From NCBI GenBank assembly GCA_964616875.1, contig CAZTSJ010000201.1, positions 1-48,629 of the forward strand: a DNA stretch of 48,629 bases. The letters are read 5' to 3'. A program made the position numbers and the translations under genes. Every line of letters begins with the position of its first letter. Within the stretch, counting starts at the first letter, position 1. Shown one piece after another: positions 27,101 through 33,901 of the stretch. Under the pieces are notes generated by a model that saw only the letters and a program-made list of their open reading frames with translations, did no database searches and was not told where the DNA came from. This stretch comes from an uncultured Bordetella sp. (GTDB taxonomy: Bacteria; Pseudomonadota; Gammaproteobacteria; Burkholderiales; SG8-39).

Positions 27101-30100
27101 CTTCGAGCACGGCGCTTGTGTAAAGGTCGAGCACTGGGCGCTCGGAGCGGCTGCGGTCCATTGCAGGCGCCTCGCGAACTATTTGAGGAACTGCCACAAC
27201 AGCCATAGGCGCAGCAAGCGCCTGCGCGACCGGCGCGCCGCTGCGCTGCTCGAGCAGCGCCTGGATGCTGCGCCGGGCGGATTCCTGGCCTTCGAGGAAT
27301 TGCTTGTGCAGCTGCGCAGTCTGTTCCTGCAGGCGCTGCAGCGCGAGGATGCCATCCTGCGTGGCGCTCAACGCCGCAGGCGCTTTTGCCGGAATCCTGT
27401 TTTCAACCGGAGTTGAAGACAAAACAGCGGGCGGCCGCGGCGCGGCCGGCGCGCGGTAGTTGGCGCCCGAGAGCGGCACGGTGAGCGCGGGCTTGAGCGC
27501 GCTCGCGTCCGCTTCCGGCGGCGCGTTTTCCCATTTTTCGAGGGCGACTTCATGCCCCAGCGCTGCAAGGCGGGCCAGCACCAGCGCGAGGTCGAAGATG
27601 CCGGAGCGGCCGCCCTTCGAGGCGTCGAGCGCGATGGTTTCCACTTCGCCGCCGGGCAGGATCGATTGCACCAGGTCGGAGAGCACGTGTCCGGGTCCGA
27701 CTTCGATGAAGGTCCGCACCTCGTCGGCGTGCATGGCCTGGACCTGTTCCATGAAATTCACCGGCCGCACGATCTGGCTGGCGAGGACTTCGCGCGCCTG
27801 CTCGGCGGTCTTGGGATACTCGCGGCCGGTGGCGTTGGCGTACACCGGCATGCGGCCCTCGTCGAATGCCACTGCTTCGAGCGCTTTCGCGAACGGCGCG
27901 CGCGCATCGGCCACCAGCGGGCTGTGAAACGCCGCCGACACCTGCAGCATGCGGCTGCGCACCGCGCGCTGGGTGAGTTTGCCCAGCGCCCGCTTGATCT
28001 GTTCCAGCGGGCCCGACAGCACGTACTGCGTCGGCGAATTGCGGTTCGCCACCACGAGCTCGCCCGCCTCTTCGCGCAGGAAGTCCTGCACCGCCTTTTC
28101 GTCCGCCTGCACCGCGAGCATCGCGCCGCGCTCGGAACCTTGGCCACTGGCCATCAGCCGGCCGCGCAAGTTGGAGAGCTGGTGCAGCGCAGTTGCTTCG
28201 ATGCGCCCGGCGCCGCAAAGCGCAAGCAGCTCGCCGTAGCTGTGGCCGCAGGCCGCCTGCGCCGCGACGCCGAAATAGTTGAGCACGCTGAACGCGCCCA
28301 GGCTCACCGCGCCGAGGGCGGGCTGTGCCACGTCCGTCGCTTTGAGCGCCTCGGCTTGCTGCTGACGGGCCGCATCGGTAAAGACCGGGTGCGGATAGAT
28401 GAAGTCACTCAGGCGTTGCGAGCTGTTTCCGGCGGGTTCCCGCGCGAAGGCCTCGTCCGCTTCGGCGAGCGCCTGCAGCATGCCGGGGAACTGGCAGGCG
28501 AGATCGCGCAGCATCCCGGTGTATTGCGAGCCCTGCCCGGGGAAGAGTGCGCCGAGCTTGCCGCGCTGCTTGCCTGAACCGAAGGCGATGCCTGCGGGCG
28601 CGGTCCAGCTGGTCCTGCCGGGGTTCTTCTCCAGCATCTTGAGCGCGGCGTCTTTCAGGCCCGCGCGGTCGGATTCCTTCGTCACCACCATGAGCAGGCG
28701 GAGTTCGGCGTCGCGGCGGAACTGCGCTCGCGACGCGCGCGCAGCGCGCCTGAAATCCAGCCAGGAGGAATCCGTGCGCTGCGCGCCTAACGCGGCCCTC
28801 AGTTCGTCAATCCGGTCGCTGCAGAGGGCGAGAATTTCGATGTCGCCGTCCCAGGCCGCGTCGGTCTTGCCCGCACTATGCTCTTCCAGCACGCAATGGA
28901 AATTCGTGCCGCCAAAACCGAGCGCGCTGACGCCGGCGCGGCGCGGATGTCCCGCCGCGGGCAGCCAGGGGCGCTTGCCGGTATTGAGGTAGAACGGTGA
29001 GCGGCCCGGCGCGGCTTCCTCGATGGGCTGCTTGACCTTGATGGTGGGCGGCAGGACTTTCTCGTGCAGCGCCATCGCCGCCTTGATCAGGCCCGCCACG
29101 CCCGCGGCCGCCTTGGTGTGGCCGATCTGCGATTTCACCGAGCCGAGCGCGCACCAGGTGCCGTTGGGCTGCGCGGCACGGAACACCTCGATCAGAGAGG
29201 AGAGTTCGGTCGCGTCGCCGACCTTGGTGCCGGTACCATGCGCTTCGATCAGGCCGATGGTCTCGGGCGCGGTGCCGGCGTCCTCGTAGGCCCGTTGCAG
29301 TGCCAGCTTCTGGCCGCCGGCGCGTGGCGCGTAGATGCCGCTGGAGCGCCCGTCGCTCGACGACCCGATGCCCTTCAACACCGCATAGATGCGGTCCCCG
29401 TCGCGCTCGGCATCCGCCAAGCGCTTGAGCACCACCACGCCGAGTCCTTCGCCCAGCACCGTGCCGTCGCAATCGCGATCGAAGGGCTTCGCGTCGCCCG
29501 TGGGCGAGAGCGCGGGAGTCTTGCTGAAGCACATGTACATGAAAATGTCGTTGAAGGTATCCACGCCGCCGGTGATCACCATGTCCGAGCGGCCCGCGGC
29601 GAGCTCCAGGCTGGCGAGGTGGATCGCCGCGAGCGAGCTCGCGCAAGCCGCGTCGACGACGCAATTGGTGCCGCCCAGATCGAGGCGGTTGGCGATACGC
29701 CCGGCCGCGACGTTGCCGAGCAATCCCGGGAAGGAATTTTCCTGCCAGCCGACGTAGGAATCCGAGATGCGCTGCACCACGTCCTCGGCGACTGCGCCAT
29801 CGACGCCCGCTTCCTTCAGCGCGCGGCGCCAGATCGGATGGCCGAGCCGCGCACCGAGTGGGATCACCAGTTCCAGCGCGCCGGTAACGCCGAGGATCAC
29901 GCTCGTGCGCTCGCGGTCGAACTTGCGGCCTGCATTTCCCCCTCCGGCGTTACCCGTGGCGTAGCCGGCATCGGCCAGCGCGCGCTGCGCGGCCACCAGG
30001 CTGAGCAGCTGCGCTGTGTCGGTGGCCTCGATGTCCTTGGGCGCGATGCCGAACTCCATCGGGTTGAAATTCACCGGCGCCAGAAACCCACCGCTCTGCG

Positions 30101-30287
30101 CATAGGTGCGGTCCGGGGATTTCGGGTCGGCGTCGAAATACTCCGCCGCGTTCCAGTGCGTCGCGGGCACCGGCGTGATCGCGTCGACGCCGTTCTTGAT
30201 GTTGGCCCAATAGGCCTGCAGGCCGTCGGCCTTGGGAAAAAGGCAGCTGATGCCGACGATCGCCAGCGGTTGTGAACGGGTGCTCAT
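24180..30287 (-). CDS. pfaA: PfaA-like PUFA/secondary-lipid synthase subunit: KS-AT-ACP-ACP-KR-DH(PKS type)
   Basis: ATG at 30287 (ATGA overlap with the pfaD stop); 2035 aa. Approximate domain map:
- KS, nt 28878..30272 (DAACASS, Cys215 codon 29643..29645; EAHGTGT; SQIGHTK).
- AT, nt 27648..28556 (GQGSQ; GHSYGE).
- ACP1, Ser codon 27021..27023.
- ACP2, Ser codon 26748..26750 (both in LGIDSIKRVE).
- KR, nt 25218..25862 (VVSGGARGVTG).
- DH, nt 24198..25055 (HVFNGRAVLP = HxxxGxxxxP). Confidence 0.9.
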   Translation of the reverse strand: MSTRSQPLAIVGISCLFPKADGLQAYWANIKNGVDAITPVPATHWNAAEYFDADPKSPDRTYAQSGGFLAPVNFNPMEFGIAPKDIEATDTAQLLSLVAAQRALADAGYATGNAGGGNAGRKFDRERTSVILGVTGALELVIPLGARLGHPIWRRALKEAGVDGAVAEDVVQRISDSYVGWQENSFPGLLGNVAAGRIANRLDLGGTNCVVDAACASSLAAIHLASLELAAGRSDMVITGGVDTFNDIFMYMCFSKTPALSPTGDAKPFDRDCDGTVLGEGLGVVVLKRLADAERDGDRIYAVLKGIGSSSDGRSSGIYAPRAGGQKLALQRAYEDAGTAPETIGLIEAHGTGTKVGDATELSSLIEVFRAAQPNGTWCALGSVKSQIGHTKAAAGVAGLIKAAMALHEKVLPPTIKVKQPIEEAAPGRSPFYLNTGKRPWLPAAGHPRRAGVSALGFGGTNFHCVLEEHSAGKTDAAWDGDIEILALCSDRIDELRAALGAQRTDSSWLDFRRAARASRAQFRRDAELRLLMVVTKESDRAGLKDAALKMLEKNPGRTSWTAPAGIAFGSGKQRGKLGALFPGQGSQYTGMLRDLACQFPGMLQALAEADEAFAREPAGNSSQRLSDFIYPHPVFTDAARQQQAEALKATDVAQPALGAVSLGAFSVLNYFGVAAQAACGHSYGELLALCGAGRIEATALHQLSNLRGRLMASGQGSERGAMLAVQADEKAVQDFLREEAGELVVANRNSPTQYVLSGPLEQIKRALGKLTQRAVRSRMLQVSAAFHSPLVADARAPFAKALEAVAFDEGRMPVYANATGREYPKTAEQAREVLASQIVRPVNFMEQVQAMHADEVRTFIEVGPGHVLSDLVQSILPGGEVETIALDASKGGRSGIFDLALVLARLAALGHEVALEKWENAPPEADASALKPALTVPLSGANYRAPAAPRPPAVLSSTPVENRIPAKAPAALSATQDGILALQRLQEQTAQLHKQFLEGQESARRSIQALLEQRSGAPVAQALAAPMAVVAVPQIVREAPAMDRSRSERPVLDLYTSAVLEVVCDKTGYPVEMLNLGMGMDSDLGIDSIKRVEIMAALRARLPEAPEIKPEHLGSLQTLEQVVAFLANGQPVVPAKAGIQKDQSLISETLLAVVSEKTGYPVEMLNLGMGMDSDLGIDSIKRVEIMAALRGKLPGSPEIKPEHLGSLRTLQQVADFLLGQAAEPASVPASAAAPAAPAVPAVILKPEAASGVLRQLIRAVELPGVEERDAISLPAGALVWLSDDGSELCLRIEERLRALRLNVQRGDPRRGFPGTVPASLAALVIVAPAGGSDDAFIRQAFTLIQRTGPVLRQAGAAILVTVSRLDGAFGFGALSEKSDPVSGGLAGLLKTARHEWPQVHCKALDLNPASIVAGAAAEQVVAEMFRAGPVEVGLSAGKRLALEVAVAAHDGQQQGLRPPLSEGDVVVVSGGARGVTGDAALALARAWRPTLILLGRSELGESEPAWLQDLQTEAGIKKAFAARQGSGGSPKAVEAKYREVIAGREIRAQLGRLEAAGARAFYHALDVRDGAAVARVLAEVRRRHGAIRGLIHGAGVLADRRIEDKTAEQFDLVYGTKVAGLRNLLAALAQDELKAIALFSSYSGRVGRVGQADYAAANEVLNKLAQLESRRRPACRVVSINWGPWNGGMATPGVRKLFEQEGIGLIEPAAGAEFLVRELCSTAKNAVEILALAPPVAIKVEPVQELALAREDSVAFVREVSVATLPFLESHVFNGRAVLPAALMVEWLAQAALHGNPGMAFHGLDNFKVLKGIVLDARQTIMVSLRTGAATPRDRLHAVPVRMTSQLNGREILHAAADVLLTTENLPAAPEPVLVDIPGGGFADAYSIGVLFHGAALHGIERVEGLAERGIAAILKAASAPIKWMTHPLRGTWIADPLALDSAFQMMILWSAAQRGAPSLPSAFARYRQFVSVFPKGGCRAVIAVALGISTIAVATIQFFDRQGNLLASAEGCEFVVDAALRDAFRLNRLGLEK
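26631..27131 (-). repeat. Tandem duplication encoding the two ACP domains (period 273 nt = 91 codons)
   Basis: 26725..26768 and 26998..27041 are identical over 44 nt (GCCATGATTTCGACGCGCTTGATGGAGTCGATGCCGAGGTCCGA). The flanks are highly similar. Confidence 0.85.
26866..26891 (-). repeat. REP-like hairpin element, copy 3, inside the pfaA coding sequence (inter-ACP linker)
   Basis: Minus strand GTCGTTCCCGCGAAAGCGGGAATCCA matches copy 1 (3086..3111) at 25 of 26 positions. It is translated in-frame as VVPAKAGIQ between ACP1 and ACP2. Confidence 0.65.
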
Positions 30288-31720
30288 GAATTCATTACAG
30301 CTCGCAAATCGTCCGGCTCCAAAGGTTGCGCTCCGGCTGGCGCCTGCATGCCCTGGGCGCGGAGATACTGCTGGCCCAGCTGCTGCGCTGCGCCGACCAT
30401 CAGGTTCTGGGCTACCACCACCACGCGCCGGTGCTCCGGTTTCTCGAGGAAGCTGCCGCGCGCCCATTCATTGAACGCCCCCATCGCCGGACCGCACCAG
30501 ACCTGGTAATCCATCTGGCGCGACGCTTCGCCGGCATTCGCCCAGCGCGAACTCAGGCCGAGATAACTGCGGAAAACGAGCGCCATCCGGTGCTTCGGAT
30601 CGCGCTCGGCGCGCTCGACCTGACTCGCATCGCGCCGGAGGAAAAACTGCCGCGTCTCGCGCCAGGCTTCCTCGACCGTGGCGCGCAGAAGTTGCTTTTC
30701 AATGAATGCCTTATCCGCTTCCGGGAGCGATTCCAGGCCTGCGTTCACCCGGTACAGATCATACAGCTTGGCGGCGCGCATTGGGAACATCGTGCCCCGC
30801 TTGAGCACCTGTACCCGCACCCCCATTTCGAACATGTCCGCCGCCGGCGCCATGGCGACATCGGCCTGCTCGGCCTGCGCGAGCATCTGGCGTACCGCAT
30901 CCGATGATCCCGACTCGACGCAGGCCTGGTTCACGGTGCCGGTGAGAACGTAGGCGGCGCCCATCGCAAAGGCCGCGGCCAGTCCGGAGGGCGTCGACAG
31001 GCCGCCCGCCGCCCCCACGCGCAAGCCCTCGGCGTAGCCGAATTGCTGCTGCAGCCGATCGCGCAGCGCGATGAGCGTCGGCAGCAAGGTCACCAGCGGG
31101 CGGTTGTCGGTGTGGCCGCCGGAATCGGCTTCCGCGGTCACGTCCTGCGCCATCGGGATCGCGCTCGCGAGCGCCGCCTGCGCGGCGGTTATCTCTCCCG
31201 TCTTCACGAGCTGATCGAGCAATTCCTGCGGCGGCGGTGAGAAGAACTGCGTCGCGACTTCGACCCGCGAAACCTTGGCGATGATGCGATTGGGCGTGAC
31301 GATGCGTCCCGCGGCATCGCGCTTGATGCCGTTCACCCGGTAGCGCACGACAGGCAGCGTGAGCCGCAGATAGGCGGAGGCTTCCACCAGCCGGATGCCG
31401 CGCCGCAAATACAGATCCACCAGCTGCGCTTCGAGATCCGGCTCGTTGGGGCTGTGAATGAGGTTGAAGCCATAGGGCGCGCCCGGAATCGCGCCGGCCA
31501 GCTCGTCGATCGCCGCTTCGATGCGCTCCAGACCCAGGCCCGCGGCGCCGAAAAAACTCAGCATTCCCGCGCGCGCCATTTCCGCCACGAGCCGGGTAGA
31601 GCCGATGCCGTTCGCCATCGCGCCCGCGACGTACGCGTAGCGCACGCAATGGTCGCGGCGGAAGGATGCGTCGCCCAGGTGCTCCGGCTTCAACGCCGGA
31701 ATGCCGGCGGCTGCGTTCAT
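30284..31720 (-). CDS. pfaD: PfaD-type enoyl reductase (nitronate monooxygenase / 2-nitropropane dioxygenase-like, FMN)
   Basis: ATG at 31720 (ATGA overlap with the CoA-transferase stop). Pattern YAYVAGAMANGIGS..LV.EMARAGMLSFFGAAGL and the rest of the protein are typical of the PfaD family. Confidence 0.9.
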   Translation of the reverse strand: MNAAAGIPALKPEHLGDASFRRDHCVRYAYVAGAMANGIGSTRLVAEMARAGMLSFFGAAGLGLERIEAAIDELAGAIPGAPYGFNLIHSPNEPDLEAQLVDLYLRRGIRLVEASAYLRLTLPVVRYRVNGIKRDAAGRIVTPNRIIAKVSRVEVATQFFSPPPQELLDQLVKTGEITAAQAALASAIPMAQDVTAEADSGGHTDNRPLVTLLPTLIALRDRLQQQFGYAEGLRVGAAGGLSTPSGLAAAFAMGAAYVLTGTVNQACVESGSSDAVRQMLAQAEQADVAMAPAADMFEMGVRVQVLKRGTMFPMRAAKLYDLYRVNAGLESLPEADKAFIEKQLLRATVEEAWRETRQFFLRRDASQVERAERDPKHRMALVFRSYLGLSSRWANAGEASRQMDYQVWCGPAMGAFNEWARGSFLEKPEHRRVVVVAQNLMVGAAQQLGQQYLRAQGMQAPAGAQPLEPDDLRAVMNS

Positions 31721-32943
31721 GCTGCGGCCTGCGCGGCGCCGCTCGCGAGCAGCTGTTCGATCGCGCTCTCGGCGAGCCCGGCCTCGCGCAGCACTTCGCG
31801 CGTATGCTCGCCCAGGCGCGGCGCGTGGCGGCGGTATTCGGGCGCCGACTCGGACCATTCCGAGGGCACGGCCATGCTGCGGATGCGGCCTTCGCTCGGG
31901 TGCTCGACTTCGCGGAAGTAGCCGATCGCCGCGAGGTGCGGATCCGCGACGATGTCCTCGAGGCTGTTCATGCGCTGCACCGGGATGTCGGCGGCCTCGA
32001 GCGCGGCGATCCACTCCGCGGTGCTGCGCGTGCGCATCGCTTCGGCGACGAGGCGGTTGGACTCATCGAAATTCCGGCTGCGCGCGGTCGGCGTGGCATA
32101 GCGCGGATCGGCGAGCAGCTCGGGCCGGCCGATCAACGCGAAGAACGCGCGCCATTGCTTGTCGTTGTAGACCAGCACGCAGACGTAGCCGTCCTTGGTC
32201 GCGTAAGGAAGGCGTTCTTTGGCCAGCATGCGAGCGTAGCCGGTGGCGCCGCGCTTTTCACCGGCTCCCGGCACGTAGGTGTAGCCGCCCATGTGTTCGC
32301 CCATGACGGTCTGCAGCAGGCTTTCGAACATCGGCACATCGATGCGCTGACCGAGGCCGCCGCCAGAGCGATCGCTTTTTTCCCTCCTGTACAGCGCCGC
32401 GCACACCGCATTGACGATGTGCAGGCCGACGGTGCGATCGGCCATGGTCGCGGGCACATAGCGCGGCGATTCCGCGCCGGCTTCCTTCAGCAGCCAGGGC
32501 AGGCCGGCCGCGCCCTGGATCAGGTCGTCGTACGCCGCCTTCGCGGCGTAGGGCCCGCGCTGCGAATAGCCGAAGGCGCCGACGTATATGATTCGCGGGT
32601 TCACCGCGCGCACTGCGTCATAGGAGAGCTTCAGGCGCGCCATCGCCTGCGGCCGGATGTTGTAGACCAGCACGTCCGCGCCCCTGGCGATGGCGAGGCA
32701 GGCCTCGCGGCCCGCGTCCTGCTTCAGGTCGAGCACCACCGAGCGCTTGTTGCGGTTGGCGTTCATGAAGATGTGCCCCATGCCCTTGGAGCGCAGCGGC
32801 GCGTTGTGGCGCATCACGTCGCCCTCGGGCGGCTCGACCTTGATCACCTCGGCGCCAAAGTCGCCGAGGATCTGGGTCGCGTACGGACCCATCACCACCG
32901 TGGTGAGATCGAGGACGCGTACGCCGTCGAGCGGGCCGGCCAC
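31717..32943 (-). CDS. CaiB/BaiF family (class III) CoA-transferase
   Basis: 408 aa. GPLDGVRVLDLT.V..GPYATQILGDFGAEVIKVE N-terminus. GTG start 5 nt after the upstream Bug stop. Confidence 0.9.
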   Translation of the reverse strand: MAGPLDGVRVLDLTTVVMGPYATQILGDFGAEVIKVEPPEGDVMRHNAPLRSKGMGHIFMNANRNKRSVVLDLKQDAGREACLAIARGADVLVYNIRPQAMARLKLSYDAVRAVNPRIIYVGAFGYSQRGPYAAKAAYDDLIQGAAGLPWLLKEAGAESPRYVPATMADRTVGLHIVNAVCAALYRREKSDRSGGGLGQRIDVPMFESLLQTVMGEHMGGYTYVPGAGEKRGATGYARMLAKERLPYATKDGYVCVLVYNDKQWRAFFALIGRPELLADPRYATPTARSRNFDESNRLVAEAMRTRSTAEWIAALEAADIPVQRMNSLEDIVADPHLAAIGYFREVEHPSEGRIRSMAVPSEWSESAPEYRRHAPRLGEHTREVLREAGLAESAIEQLLASGAAQAAA

Positions 32944-32948
32944 GTCAG

Positions 32949-33893
32949 TTATTCAGGTTGTATGCCGGCGAGCTTGACGAGTCTGGCCCAGTGCGCGATC
33001 TCGCTCTGGATGAACTTGCCCAGCTGTTCCGGATTCATCGGCGCGACATCGGTGCCGATGACCGCGAATTTGTCGGCGATTTCTTTTTTCCTTATTGCTT
33101 TCAGGGTATTTTCAGAAAGCAAAGTCACGATTTCCTTCGGCGTGCCGGCCGGGGCCATGAGCGCGAACCAGGCGATCAGCTCGTAGCCTTTCAACTCTTC
33201 GGCGATCGCCGGCACATCCGGCGCGAGCGGCGTGCGCGTGGCGGAGGTCACGGCGAGTCCCCGCAATTTGCCGCCCTTCTGCTGCGCCAGCGCGTTGCCC
33301 AGGTCGACGAAGGTGAACGACAGCGTGCCGCCGAGCACGTCGGTGACGGTCTGCGGGATGCCCTGGTAGGGGACTTCCAGCACGTCCAGCTTGCCCATCG
33401 AGTTGAGCATCGCCAGCGACACCCGCGAGCCTGCCGAGCCGTGACCCGAGGAAAGCTTGCCGGGCTTGGCGCGCGCGTCGGCGAGGAACTCCTTGAAGTT
33501 CTTGATCGGCGAATCGGATTTGAGCATTAGCATGAAGGAGGTGGTGCCGATGCGCGCCACCGGCGAGAAATCCTTCATCGGGTCGTAGGACAGTTTCTTG
33601 AACAGGCTCACGTTCGCGGCCTGCGGCGTGTTGGTGGTGAGGAGCAGCGTGTAACCGTCGGGCGCGGCCCTCGCCACTTCGCTCGCGCCGATGGCGCCCG
33701 AGGCGCCGGGCTTGCTCTCGACGACGAACGGCTGCTTGAGTTCCTCCTGCAGCTGCTGGCCGACCAGCCGCGCTACCTGGTCGGTGGCGCTGCCGGCGGG
33801 GAAAGGCACGACCAGCTTGACCGGTTTCGAAGGGTAACTTTGAGCATTTGCCTGGAAACTCAGAACCAAAGAAAAAAGCAGAATAAATTTCAT
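32949..33893 (-). CDS. Bug family tripartite tricarboxylate transporter substrate-binding protein
   Basis: ATG at 33893 with GGAG 6 nt upstream. Signal peptide MKFILLFSLVLSFQANAQ followed by YPSKPVKLVVPFPAGSATD. The rest of the 789-aa track ORF is a shadow of ptsI. Confidence 0.9.
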   Translation of the reverse strand: MKFILLFSLVLSFQANAQSYPSKPVKLVVPFPAGSATDQVARLVGQQLQEELKQPFVVESKPGASGAIGASEVARAAPDGYTLLLTTNTPQAANVSLFKKLSYDPMKDFSPVARIGTTSFMLMLKSDSPIKNFKEFLADARAKPGKLSSGHGSAGSRVSLAMLNSMGKLDVLEVPYQGIPQTVTDVLGGTLSFTFVDLGNALAQQKGGKLRGLAVTSATRTPLAPDVPAIAEELKGYELIAWFALMAPAGTPKEIVTLLSENTLKAIRKKEIADKFAVIGTDVAPMNPEQLGKFIQSEIAHWARLVKLAGIQPE

Positions 33894-33901
33894 CAGATCT
33901 C

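Noticed and set aside
26631-27131. Possible CRISPR-like or minisatellite repeat
   Set aside because: There are only two units with a 273-nt period. They lie entirely within a continuous reading frame and encode two ACP domains, so this is not a spacer-repeat array.
30288-30467. Upstream extensions of many track ORFs: pfaA to 30467, pfaD to 32014, oleB to 16105, oleD to 13783, PPTase to 12470, amidase to 45586, rng to 47469, binding proteins to 5613 and 48588, secreted protein to 8849
   Set aside because: The extensions overlap the preceding gene. They encode Arg/Pro-rich junk. They are replaced by internal starts that restore family-typical N-termini and give ATGA or GTGA coupling with the upstream stop.
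11472-33893. Searched the pfa-ole block for a separate pfaB acyltransferase, a thioesterase (Orf6/4HBT-like), an AGPAT domain, transposases and IS ends
   Set aside because: None was recognisable in any frame. The absence is noted in the findings rather than called as a feature. A small hot-dog thioesterase could still be missed without HMM searches.
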